Shown here: one piece after another, positions 54,393 to 63,794 of the stretch
Layout: the number at the start of each line of letters is the position of its first letter
Numbering within the stretch: position 1 is the first letter of the stretch
From: an uncultured Candidatus Saccharibacteria bacterium
Lineage (GTDB): Bacteria; Patescibacteriota; Saccharimonadia; Saccharimonadales; Saccharimonadaceae
Assembly: GCA_946222675.1 (NCBI GenBank)
Contig: CAMIMA010000001.1
Span: forward strand, 29,807 to 93,806
Length of the DNA: 64,000 bases
Direction of reading: 5' to 3'
Translations under genes and position numbers: made by a program
The notes under the pieces: model-generated
The model's database searches: none
Seen by the model: the letters and a program-made list of their open reading frames with translations, nothing else
What the model was told of the DNA's origin: nothing

Positions 54393-57300
54393 CTAGCGGC
54401 GTGGCGGCTGCTGGCTAGGCTGCTGATGTAAGTCGTACTGCATCACGGCCTGCGGGTAAAGCGGTCGGTCGGAGTGTACTACTGGCATCGGTGGAATTGC
54501 CTGTGGAGCTTGCGTAGCGCGCTGTGCTTGTGGCGGCATTGCCTGAGGCATTGGCATCATCTGTGGCGCTGGATATCCCTGGTACCCCTGTGTCGGCACC
54601 TGTGGTGCTGGCATTGGCTGCGGCTGCATCACCGGCGTAGCAAACTGCTGTGGCTGAATGGGCTGGATGAATTGAACGGGCTGTTGCACCATATTTGGCG
54701 GATACTGCCCTAGCATCGGCGCACGCGGTGGCATTGCCTGAGGCGTTGGCATCATCTGCGGCACTGGTTGAGCTGGAGCTGGTCGTGGCGGCACTGATTG
54801 AACTGGTTGGGTTGACTGAGCTACATTAGCAGTATGTGGTGCGCGAGCAGGCTTAGTGGTAGATGGTTTTGACTGAGCCGCTGAGGTAGAATTATGGCGC
54901 AACTGGTCGGCGCGTGCCTCTAGCCAATCGCCAAGGAAGCTACTTTTGCCATCAGAATGCTTGTCCTGATGCTTATTTGACGTTGCAGGCGTAACAGAAA
55001 GACGTGCTCGAATCTCCGCCTCAACTTGGGCGCGAGGAATGCCGTACTTCACCGCCGAAAGCAACTTCAGCTTCTCAGCTAACTGCTCATTTGGATGCCC
55101 CATTGGCGGTGGCAAGCGTAACGAGAACGGCGAAGTCGGCGAGCCGTTAAGCAGCATCTTCACAGCGGCAGTATAATTCGGCATGTACTGCAAGTCCTCG
55201 GTGTCAAACACCGGCGCGAACAGCTTAACAATATTCTCAGCATCCTCCGAGCCCACGCGGCCGATAATAAACGACCCCGTGTTACCCATGATGGCAGCGC
55301 GAATCTTGTCCGTCAGCTGTGTCACAAACTGGTTGGCGACGGTCAAGCTGAGGCGATACTTACGCGCCTCAGACAGAATAGATTCAAACGAATCAGTGGC
55401 AAAGTTCTGGAACTCATCCACGAACAAGCAGAAGTCACGGCGCTCCGCCTCTGGTATATTGGCGCGCGACATAGCTGCGGCTTGGAACTTCATCACGAAC
55501 ACCATACCAAGGAGCTTAGCCGGCATCTCACCCAGCTTACCCTTCGACAGGTTGACGAGCAAAATCTTGCCTTCGTCCATCACCTTACGGAGGTTCACCG
55601 TAGAGTGCACCTGCCCCAAAATGTTACTCATCATCGTGTTTTCGAAGTCCGCCCACTTCGAGACTACCCAAGAAGTCACCTCGCCGGCGTCGTTCGAGCG
55701 CTGGGCGTTCGGCCATTCCTTTGTCCAGAAGTCGATGGCACGCTGATTCTTGAGGTACTTAATCTTTGGCTTAGCAAAATCAGGGTCAACCAACACTTTC
55801 GGGATATCCATAAACGTGCCACCTTTCGGGTCTGCCATCAAGAGTAATGCGGCGTTGCGCACAATATTTGCCATGCGCGGCCCCACAATACCTTGGTGTT
55901 GCGGGTCGTACAATGAATACAGCATATTCATTGTCTCAGCAATGATATAATCTTGTGTTCGCTCTGGGTCTGGGTCATTCGGGTCAATCTCGAACAAGTT
56001 CATACCAATTGGGTTATCCATATCCGACGGGTTGAAGTAAATCACATCATCAATACGGTCGCTCGGCACCATGGACAATAATTTTTCAGCACTATCGCCG
56101 TGCGGGTCAATAAAGGCAAAGCCCTTGCCTGCCACCATGTCCTGCAACGCCAAGTTCTCCAGGAAGACAGACTTACCCATACCAGTCGCACCCATCACGT
56201 AGATGTGGCGACGACGGTCGTTATCACCCAAACGAATCGCCTTCTTGCGCCCACGATAAATATTGTATCCAAGCAGCAGGCCCTTATCCATCACTAGAGC
56301 TGGGCCATCCACCTCCTTAAAATGCTGGCGTTCCACCTGAGTCGATGGCACGTTGGTCTGGTCTGGCAAGTGGAAGATTGAGGCTAGCTCAACGGTATTC
56401 AAAATATTTTTGTCATCCTCTTGTGGGAAGAAACGCATAATATAGTTGGTAGCAAACTGCTCCGTATTTTCAATTGGCTTAAATTTAAAGCTGTTGTTAT
56501 TTGGCGAATTAAATAGTGCGAAGGCCGAAACTACTCCACCCACTAGCTGGCGTGCTCGCTCAAGGTTCGGACAAGAAGCAATTAGGCGGATCTTTACCTC
56601 ATAACCGGCATAACGCGCCTTCTCTTCCATAGCTTCCACGCGCGCTTGCTCAACACCATTTAGAGGCTTCGGCCCCTTCTCCTTATCTTTTTCCTTCTCA
56701 GCACTCGGCGGTTGCCAAAGGGCGGCAAAGATTTGCCCAAAATATTTCAAACCCGTACTACCAGCAGAGGTGTCCTTCTTGCCTTCGCGAATATTCTGCG
56801 TCTTAGTTTCAATTGACTTCACCCAACCTGGCTTGGCCGGACGTAGTAAAATTTGCAATCCCAGCCCATCACCACGCTGTGCCGCAGAAAACGCATTTAA
56901 GATAGCACCAGTAGCATCGCGCTTAATCTCCTTATAGGTTGCGATTGGCGCTTCAAACGAATTAGCCAATACAAATTCACCACCCGACACACCACTAATC
57001 TTAGTGGTTGGGTTAAATAAGTTCAGCTCCTCAACCTCTTCAAGTTGCGCCGTTGGGTAAGCGGCAATGATTGCCTGCTTAATAGCGTCAATCAGCACTG
57101 TCGGCACCACAGCATAGTAGTGAATCAGCCCGCCATGTGCCACGATCTCGAATGACATGTGCCGCTGGCCGTAAAAGCTGCTTTTAAAACCTCTGGTAGC
57201 TGTAGACAAAATCACATTATACATCGTCTGCGCCTGCGAAATCATCTCGTCAGCTACGTCACGCGTATCGCGCCCGCCAGCCTTGATATCTTCACTTGGC

Positions 57301-57467
57301 GGCGGCAAGTGAATTAGAATCGGCACCATCTTGAGACTGCGCTCGTAGTTCTTCTGCTCACGCAAACGTGCCCGATAAACCACAAAAGCTGCGATACAGC
57401 AGGCCGCCGTCACGCCAAAAATCATTAAGATTAACAGTAGTGGTACAACAGCTGAACTAATATCCAT
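54393..57467 (-). CDS. Type IV secretion-type ATPase (VirB4/VirD4 or TraG-like, FtsK/HerA superfamily) with an N-terminal TM segment and a Pro/Gln-rich C-terminal tail.
   Basis: Walker A is VMGATGMGKSVFLENL and Walker B is FCLFVDEFQNF...RKYRLSLTVANQFVTQL (the VirD4/VirB4 DE...RK.G...QS..QL pattern). An N-terminal TM segment is present. 1024 aa. Confidence 0.5.
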   Translation of the reverse strand: MDISSAVVPLLLILMIFGVTAACCIAAFVVYRARLREQKNYERSLKMVPILIHLPPPSEDIKAGGRDTRDVADEMISQAQTMYNVILSTATRGFKSSFYGQRHMSFEIVAHGGLIHYYAVVPTVLIDAIKQAIIAAYPTAQLEEVEELNLFNPTTKISGVSGGEFVLANSFEAPIATYKEIKRDATGAILNAFSAAQRGDGLGLQILLRPAKPGWVKSIETKTQNIREGKKDTSAGSTGLKYFGQIFAALWQPPSAEKEKDKEKGPKPLNGVEQARVEAMEEKARYAGYEVKIRLIASCPNLERARQLVGGVVSAFALFNSPNNNSFKFKPIENTEQFATNYIMRFFPQEDDKNILNTVELASIFHLPDQTNVPSTQVERQHFKEVDGPALVMDKGLLLGYNIYRGRKKAIRLGDNDRRRHIYVMGATGMGKSVFLENLALQDMVAGKGFAFIDPHGDSAEKLLSMVPSDRIDDVIYFNPSDMDNPIGMNLFEIDPNDPDPERTQDYIIAETMNMLYSLYDPQHQGIVGPRMANIVRNAALLLMADPKGGTFMDIPKVLVDPDFAKPKIKYLKNQRAIDFWTKEWPNAQRSNDAGEVTSWVVSKWADFENTMMSNILGQVHSTVNLRKVMDEGKILLVNLSKGKLGEMPAKLLGMVFVMKFQAAAMSRANIPEAERRDFCLFVDEFQNFATDSFESILSEARKYRLSLTVANQFVTQLTDKIRAAIMGNTGSFIIGRVGSEDAENIVKLFAPVFDTEDLQYMPNYTAAVKMLLNGSPTSPFSLRLPPPMGHPNEQLAEKLKLLSAVKYGIPRAQVEAEIRARLSVTPATSNKHQDKHSDGKSSFLGDWLEARADQLRHNSTSAAQSKPSTTKPARAPHTANVAQSTQPVQSVPPRPAPAQPVPQMMPTPQAMPPRAPMLGQYPPNMVQQPVQFIQPIQPQQFATPVMQPQPMPAPQVPTQGYQGYPAPQMMPMPQAMPPQAQRATQAPQAIPPMPVVHSDRPLYPQAVMQYDLHQQPSQQPPRR

Positions 57468-57469
57468 CG

Positions 57470-57943
57470 TTACAACTTCGGCGCTTCGCCGATGACCCTC
57501 CCAAATCGTTTCTTCACATAATCACGCATCATAGCAGAGATGTTCATTTGCTGGCGATACGGGTCTAGTGAATTCTTGGCAATCTCAGCCTTCACCTTGC
57601 CCACCCATTCGCGTTCAATCTTATCAGTATCAGTGGCGCCATCAGGGTCAGAAGTCGCCATGCTTGAGGTTGCCTGGGTGGTTGCCGGTATAGGATTAGC
57701 CGCCACCGGCTGCTGTGGTGGCTGCGCTAACTGCTCCGCCGCCAACGCCTCCTGCTCAAGTCGAGCAATTTGCTCAGCCCGTGACTGAGCTGGGTCGCCA
57801 TTCATGACATTTGCAGTATTCATTGCACCAGTGTTGTAATTTGGCGCCACAAAATTACCCACCTGTGGTTGCGGCATCATATTTGGTCGTGCAGCTGGTC
57901 TTGGTGTTTGTTCAATATGTGGCTGATTGCTTGTTGGTGCCAT
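57470..57943 (-). CDS. Pro/Gln-rich small protein (157 aa) whose stop abuts the start of the ATPase gene; possible T4SS accessory component.
   Basis: The ORF has a 3 nt gap to the downstream ATPase start. Its N-terminus is MAPTSNQPHIEQTPRP... of low complexity. Confidence 0.45.
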   Translation of the reverse strand: MAPTSNQPHIEQTPRPAARPNMMPQPQVGNFVAPNYNTGAMNTANVMNGDPAQSRAEQIARLEQEALAAEQLAQPPQQPVAANPIPATTQATSSMATSDPDGATDTDKIEREWVGKVKAEIAKNSLDPYRQQMNISAMMRDYVKKRFGRVIGEAPKL

Positions 57944-58026
57944 ATATCGCTATTATAGCATAAACGTATTGAATGAATACAATTTTTAAATAGATTTCTG
58001 TTGTGTAATTGTCGCCATTAAATAAT

Positions 58027-58431
58027 TTATTTTAGGCGCTTCATTGTATATAGGATCGCCAATGCCTCAGTAACCGTTATTAAAACGACATCAAGTAACC
58101 CTAGTTTTCCAATGGAATTGAATGACATTAAGACAATCGGCACAAAGCTTAAGATAACACAGATAGCAATCAGCCGCCGATAGTAAAGCGCTTGTTTAAC
58201 CCCCGCTAGCGCCGACGCTGGCAGTGGTCGGATAAGCCGATATGAGTAGTAGCCTAACGTAGCAAGGAACATAATCACCCCGAGTGACGCCATGTAAATT
58301 AAAAAGAAGACTAGCAAGATACCAGCAAGTCCGCTCGTATCAGGGCTAGTCAAATTCAGCACGGCCGCCAGCGCCACAATTGACACGACAAAGCTAGCAA
58401 CTGCTGTATAAATAAGATTTTTGCACCTCAT
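58027..58431 (-). CDS. Small polytopic membrane protein (134 aa; 3-4 TM segments) upstream of the ATPase operon; VirB3-like position.
   Basis: Hydrophobic ORF; its position relative to the ATPase. Confidence 0.4.
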   Translation of the reverse strand: MRCKNLIYTAVASFVVSIVALAAVLNLTSPDTSGLAGILLVFFLIYMASLGVIMFLATLGYYSYRLIRPLPASALAGVKQALYYRRLIAICVILSFVPIVLMSFNSIGKLGLLDVVLITVTEALAILYTMKRLK

Positions 58432-59994
58432 TATGCTTATATTTTATAGAATTTGGGGCAGTAAGGCAATATGCTCAAGGTTTGCGGGAACCGAACTTTG
58501 CCCTACCACCCCGAAGAGATGGAGGAGAGGAGGATACTGACATAAGTGTCAGGAAAAGTACTATAAGAGAGGCCGCTGGCTGCACAAGTTGGTGAAGTCT
58601 AAAGTGCGACAAGCTCATCCGCCAAACTAAAATCTAAAAAAGGGCGCGAGTCACCGGTAGCACAGCCAACAACCTTTCACTGACCGCTCCCGTTCGGGAG
58701 CATATCTGCGGAGCTAAGCGCTCCTAGAGAGCGCCTCCGCTCGACGCATGTTTGCAACAGAGTGACGGCACTAGCCGCACACTAGCGCAAAGTACTCTTT
58801 GCCGCGAGGCTAAGACCGTCATTCCTGCTGCAAACAAACTAGTTTTATGGAAGAGCGACTTATGGGGCTGCGTTCTCACTTTAAAACCAGTGATGGTCGG
58901 TGTCGATGACCTTATCAATCATCTATTTTGTTTGTTCTGTTTGTTTAATGGGTAATGTACAAGCTGGATTGGTGACAACTTTGAAGCGAACTTTTATTAA
59001 ATTGTTTAATTTTTGTTTGCTTGTCTTTTTGTCTTTCAAGCTTGTTTTAAGTCTATCAAATTTTAGTGCTTATGTCAACTATTTTGGCGCACTTTGTATT
59101 GTTATTTTTATAACATTTATCTAGTAGCAGGTTTTGCTTAAGCTTAGTTTTTGGCGCGTTTGGTGTTGTAAATATGTATATTATTTAGTTATTTTTATTT
59201 GACGTCAAGTTTTTTACAACGCTCCAGCCGGCACGTTTAAGCTACAACATCCGCCTAAAATTAGATCACAATCAGGCTCTACCACTAACCTAGGCCAGAG
59301 TCGTTAAACCCGCCGCACATAACCGACCTAACGAAACAAATCACGCACGGTAGCAAAACCGGCATCCAAAAAACAACAAGCCGGCCAGCCAGCCAACCGT
59401 GAACACACTAATAACATTTAGCCACCATCAGCCCAGAGCGTAATTCGCGTAGTCACTCGCAACCAGCTAGACATTTACGTAGCACAAGCGCCGCGCACGC
59501 CGCCAAGCCATAACAAAAACATCATCGACGCGCTAAAAGACTCAAAGCTAGCAATCGCGCGACGCCGCCAGTCAGTCTTGGCAAATTCGCGCGCGGAGCG
59601 CGCCGTCAAATCGACAATTTTGCCGACTGCGTGGCAAATAAAGCCCGAACCGCTCGCCAATACAAGTTGTGTTCATTTTTTCGCCACATCTTGGCCAAAA
59701 ATAGCGCCCTATAGGCGCCTAACAGCCAAAATCAGACCTCGGACAACAAATTAATGGCTTGATTTACGACAAAATCAAAAAACGACCAGCTGCGAGAATT
59801 ACTGGTCGTTCAAGAAGATAGATTTATGTAGTTAATAATGTTTATTTTTGTGTGCGCTGCTTATGAATATATTTTTTATTCATAAGCTACTTTAATAATA
59901 GACCACTCTAAAAAGACTGTCAACAATTTTTATAGTCTTATTTTGGTAATTTTTACTACATTGTAGCCGAATTCTGGGGAAAACTTAGCTGAAC

Positions 59995-60018
59995 AAAAAA
60001 CAGGGCTAAACTGCCCTG
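59995..60018 (-). terminator. Rho-independent terminator directly downstream of the tmRNA.
   Basis: The minus strand reads cagggcaguuuagcccug followed by UUUUUU. Confidence 0.65.
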
Positions 60019-60032
60019 CCTCTGATAATGTC

Positions 60033-60453
60033 TGGTGGAGCTGGCGGGTACCGACCCCGCGTCCAAATGGTAACCTGATAATCGTCTACGAAGCCTAGTT
60101 ACTTGCAAAACTGAGTTCAGGCCAATTCTTATCAAGTAACAACGATGAATTGGTGCTGATTTGCGTTGGATTTCACCGCAGAGGGCGGCAAAACGCCTCT
60201 ACTGGCTAAGCAACATAACTATGACACCCCAGAACACCTATCTTGCGTCGGTGTTAGGATGGGCTGCGAAAATAAAAAACTAGTGTAAAACTAGGCAGCG
60301 ACTGCAACTGCAGCTAGCTTAGGAGCAAAAGCATCCTTAACGCTGGCTACAAATGCCTGCAAACGTGATTTTGCATTTATTATGTGATTGTAAGTGATCA
60401 ACTACTCGCAAATTACCCTGTTAAATTCCATCTGTCAAAGCATATTCAGCCCC
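60033..60453 (-). ncRNA. ssrA: tmRNA (SsrA).
   Basis: The 5' end on the minus strand is GGGGCTGAATATGCTTTGACAGATGG (acceptor with G3:U70). The 3' end GGACGCGGGGTCGGTACCCGCCAGCTCCACCA matches the E. coli ...GGACGCGGGTTCAACTCCCGCCAGCTCCACCA. The internal tag ORF ...GCA TTT GTA GCC AGC GTT AAG GAT GCT TTT GCT CCT AAG CTA GCT GCA GTT GCA GTC GCT GCC TAG encodes ...KLAAVAVAA*. Confidence 0.8.
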
Positions 60454-60530
60454 AGATACCCTTATCTTAACATACCCGTCGCGGCACGCCAAGGGCGCCA
60501 GATAACCATAAGTGCTATAATGTTAGTATT

Positions 60531-62024
60531 ATGATCGCACGCACAGCCACAGCGGTTATCAAGGGGTTTGACAGCGTTGCAGTCACGGCCGAATGCTATA
60601 TCACCAATGGTTTACCCGCGTTCAACATCGTCGGTTTAGCCGACAAGTCCATTAATGAATCACGCGAGCGCGTCCGCGCCGCCATCACTAACTCTGGTTT
60701 TAAGTTCCCAACCAAGCGCGTCACCATCAACCTCCTGCCCGCCTCTGTGGCAAAGGATGGCTCGCACCTCGACCTCGCAATTGCGTTGTCAATTTTAATT
60801 GCCAGCGACCAACTACAGCAAGCTGATGTTAAAAACACACTATTTATCGGAGAACTGGGTTTAGATGGTAGTTTGCAGCCAATCCGCGGCGCGTTAAGCC
60901 TCGCCGAGTGCGCCACGGGCAAGCGCTTCAAGCAAGTTATTGTACCGCAAGCTAATAGTGCGCAAGCTGCACTAATTCCAAATGCCAATGTAGTAGGAGC
61001 TACTACACTTAATAGTGTAGTTCAGCACTTAATGGGCGAGAAAGTGCTACCGCCTGCCGAACCTCACGTTGTACAAAATACTTGTACTAATTTAGACCTG
61101 CTTGACGACATCTACGGGCAGGAAGTTGCCAAGCGCGCGCTTGAAATCGCCGCCGCCGGCCACCACAACATCTTGTTCGTTGGCCCTCCTGGGTCGGGCA
61201 AAACGATGTTGGCTAAATCCCTGCCTGGGTTGTTGCCACCACTCACTGACGACGAGATTCTCGAGACCACCAAGCTCTACTCACTAGCCAGTGAGTCTGA
61301 CGACATTATTACCACTCGCCCATTCCGCTCACCACACCACACCGCTTCGCATGTTGCCCTAACTGGCGGCGGCACTAACCTGATGCCGGGCGAGATATCC
61401 CTCGCCCACAACGGCGTGCTCTTCCTCGACGAAATGCCCGAGTTTAGCAAGCACACTCTTGAGTCGCTGCGCCAACCGCTCGAAGACCACGTGATTCACA
61501 TCAGTCGCGCCAGCGGCAAGGCCACTTATCCCGCCAACTTTATGCTACTCGCCACCATGAACCCCTGCCCGTGCGGCTACTTCAACGACCCCGACCACGA
61601 GTGCACCTGTACACCACAGCTCATCGCCAATTACCAAAAGAAAATCTCCGGCCCACTACTCGACCGCATCGACATCTTCATCCAAGTTAGCCGCGTACCC
61701 CAGCGCGACCTCGGCAAGCGCAGCACCACCCCACTCGCCCACACCTACCGTCAGGCCATCGCAGACGCCACCAACCGACAAGCCGCCCGCCAGCACTGCT
61801 TCAACGCCAGCCTCACCAACCGACAACTCAAGCAGCTTGTTCAGTTTGACGACGCCGCCAGCCAACTGCTCCTGACTGCGACCGAAAAAATGAACCTCTC
61901 CGCTCGTTCCTACTTCAAGCTGATGCGCGTCGCGACCACCATCGCCGACCTCACCGGCCACGACAGCGTGCAAGTTGGCGACATGGCCGAAGCCATCCAG
62001 TACCGCCAAGTCACCCTCAGCTAG
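60531..62024 (+). CDS. comM: Mg-chelatase-like AAA+ ATPase ComM/YifB family protein.
   Basis: The N-terminal YifB signature is VAVTAECYITNGLPAFNIVGLADKSINESRERV; Walker A is GPPGSGKT; the C-terminal Mg-chelatase region is present. 497 aa. Confidence 0.85.
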   Translation: MIARTATAVIKGFDSVAVTAECYITNGLPAFNIVGLADKSINESRERVRAAITNSGFKFPTKRVTINLLPASVAKDGSHLDLAIALSILIASDQLQQADVKNTLFIGELGLDGSLQPIRGALSLAECATGKRFKQVIVPQANSAQAALIPNANVVGATTLNSVVQHLMGEKVLPPAEPHVVQNTCTNLDLLDDIYGQEVAKRALEIAAAGHHNILFVGPPGSGKTMLAKSLPGLLPPLTDDEILETTKLYSLASESDDIITTRPFRSPHHTASHVALTGGGTNLMPGEISLAHNGVLFLDEMPEFSKHTLESLRQPLEDHVIHISRASGKATYPANFMLLATMNPCPCGYFNDPDHECTCTPQLIANYQKKISGPLLDRIDIFIQVSRVPQRDLGKRSTTPLAHTYRQAIADATNRQAARQHCFNASLTNRQLKQLVQFDDAASQLLLTATEKMNLSARSYFKLMRVATTIADLTGHDSVQVGDMAEAIQYRQVTLS

Positions 62025-62138
62025 CCACCACACCGCATACTTATATATATAGTATAAAAATACAAAAATTATCGAAAAAACTATTGACGCCGGCACACGC
62101 ATTCTATATAATTATAGGTGCGTGTTAAACGTGAACAT

Positions 62139-62213
62139 TCCGGAGTAGCGCAGCGGTAGCGCAGTTGACTGTTAATCAATTGGTCGCCGGTTCGAATCCG
62201 GCCTCCGGAGCCA
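62139..62213 (+). tRNA. tRNA-Asn (anticodon GUU), with a U1:A72 pair and an encoded CCA.
   Basis: TCCGGAGTAGCGCAGCGGTAGCGCAGTTGACTGTTAATCAATTGGTCGCCGGTTCGAATCCGGCCTCCGGAGCCA has an anticodon loop CTGTTAA and a T-loop GGTTCGAATCC. Confidence 0.8.
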
Positions 62214-62244
62214 TATAATAATATAATTCAGGTAAGGATAAACC

Positions 62245-62769
62245 ATAGCCAGCAAATCAATTCGGATAAATGGCGAGATCCGTGCCAAAGAGCTACGTGT
62301 GATTGATGAAAGTGGTGCTCAACTCGGCATTATGTCGAAGAATGACGCCCTCAAACGCGCTCGTGAGGCCGGTCTTGACCTAGTAGAAATCTCACCGACT
62401 GCGGTGCCACCTGTTGCGAAAATCATCGACTGGGGCAAATACCAGTACCAAAAGATGAAGGAACAGCAGCGTAACAAAAAGAACGCCCATGTCAGTGAAC
62501 TTAAACAAATTCGCCTCGGCCTCAAAATTGGCCAGAACGATTTAGAAATTAAGCTACGCAAGATCCGCAAGTTCTTATTAGACGGCGACAAGGTCAAAAT
62601 TCAATTGATGTTTCGTGGTCGCGAAATGGCTCATCCAGAGGTCGGACAGGCGCTATTAAAGCGTATTCTTGAAGAGCTCGCCGAAGATGCCGTGGCCGAC
62701 AACAAGGCTACTATGGCCGGTCGTAACCTGAGTGTAATAGTAAGGAGCAACAAGAAATGCCAAAAATGA
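62245..62769 (+). CDS. infC: Translation initiation factor IF-3, with a probable non-AUG (AUA or AUU) start.
   Basis: In frame upstream of the tracked ORF (62299..62769), after a TAA at 62239-41, the sequence reads TIASKSIRINGEIRAKELRVIDESGAQLGI.., giving the IF3 signature INGEIRAxEVRxI. The candidate starts are ATA 62245 (AAGGA 6 nt upstream) or ATT 62260; no ATG is present. Confidence 0.75.
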   Translation: MASKSIRINGEIRAKELRVIDESGAQLGIMSKNDALKRAREAGLDLVEISPTAVPPVAKIIDWGKYQYQKMKEQQRNKKNAHVSELKQIRLGLKIGQNDLEIKLRKIRKFLLDGDKVKIQLMFRGREMAHPEVGQALLKRILEELAEDAVADNKATMAGRNLSVIVRSNKKCQK

Positions 62770-62951
62770 AGACCCACAAGGGTACCGCGAAGCGTATTCG
62801 CGTGACCAAGGCTGGCAAGATGCTACAAGAGAGTGCTGCAATGCACCACAAGTTGTCACATCAGACTGCCCGCAACAAGCGCGCCAAAGCAGCGCCAAAG
62901 TCAACCACCGGTGAACGTGCTAAAGTCATTCGCCGTGCATTGGGTATCTAA
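62757..62951 (+). CDS. rpmI: 50S ribosomal protein L35.
   Basis: MPKMKTHKGTAKRIRVTKAGK... It overlaps the infC stop, giving the classic infC-rpmI-rplT arrangement. Confidence 0.9.
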   Translation: MPKMKTHKGTAKRIRVTKAGKMLQESAAMHHKLSHQTARNKRAKAAPKSTTGERAKVIRRALGI

Positions 62952-62972
62952 TAATCGAAGTAAGGAGATAAA

Positions 62973-63320
62973 ATGAGAGTTAAACGAGGAGTTACCGCCC
63001 ACGCACGCCACGCTAAAATGATTAGCCGTGCCAAGGGCTTCAAGCACAACAGCGCAACCCGCAGCTTCCGCCTAGCCAAGCAGCGCGTTATCAAGGCTTT
63101 GCAATATGCCTTCCGCGACCGCCGCACCAAGAAGCGCGACCTACGCCAGCTATGGATTACCCGCATCAACGCTGCCGCTCGTCAGAACGGCACCACTTAT
63201 GCCCGTCTAATGTCTGACCTTAAGAAGGCCAACATTACCCTAGACCGCAAGACCCTAGCTGACCTCGCCGTCCGCGAGCCAGCCGCCTTCGCTGCCATCG
63301 TCAAGTCAGTCAACAAGTAA
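62973..63320 (+). CDS. rplT: 50S ribosomal protein L20.
   Basis: [39 protein letters not shown]... Confidence 0.9.
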   Translation: MRVKRGVTAHARHAKMISRAKGFKHNSATRSFRLAKQRVIKALQYAFRDRRTKKRDLRQLWITRINAAARQNGTTYARLMSDLKKANITLDRKTLADLAVREPAAFAAIVKSVNK

Positions 63321-63338
63321 TCACGTCTTGACGTCACA

Positions 63339-63364
63339 CGCCTGCCTCTGGCAGGCGTTTTTTT
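63339..63364 (+). terminator. Rho-independent terminator of the infC-rpmI-rplT operon.
   Basis: cgcctgcc tct ggcaggcg followed by ttttttt. Confidence 0.8.
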
Positions 63365-63794
63365 GTTGCTCTTAAGCCTCACTATTCCAACCACACATCA
63401 GAATTGTCCTAATAACAGAGGTGTCTGTGGCAGGCAAACTGGCTTAATTAGCGCTGTCTTAATATTTGGGCGGACGATTGGGCTGCTGATTGCCCCGCCG
63501 ACAGGCGAGGCGCTCGCCGCCCGCCCGTCGTGACGTCATGACGGGCGAATAAGCTTAAACACTGCACTACTACTGCCAACTGTTGTACACTGCACCACCA
63601 TTAACAGAGGCAGCTGTGCAACACAATAAAGCGCTCAACATAGGCGCAATTTATGCTTAAATATCCAGCACCGCCACATTAATTTATCTACCAATAAATC
63701 TCTAGTGCTACATAAAATCCATCAGTCGCGTCATAGCGAATGATACTGCATATATAAAAAACTGCTTGGTAAAAAGCCAAGCAGTAAATGGAGT

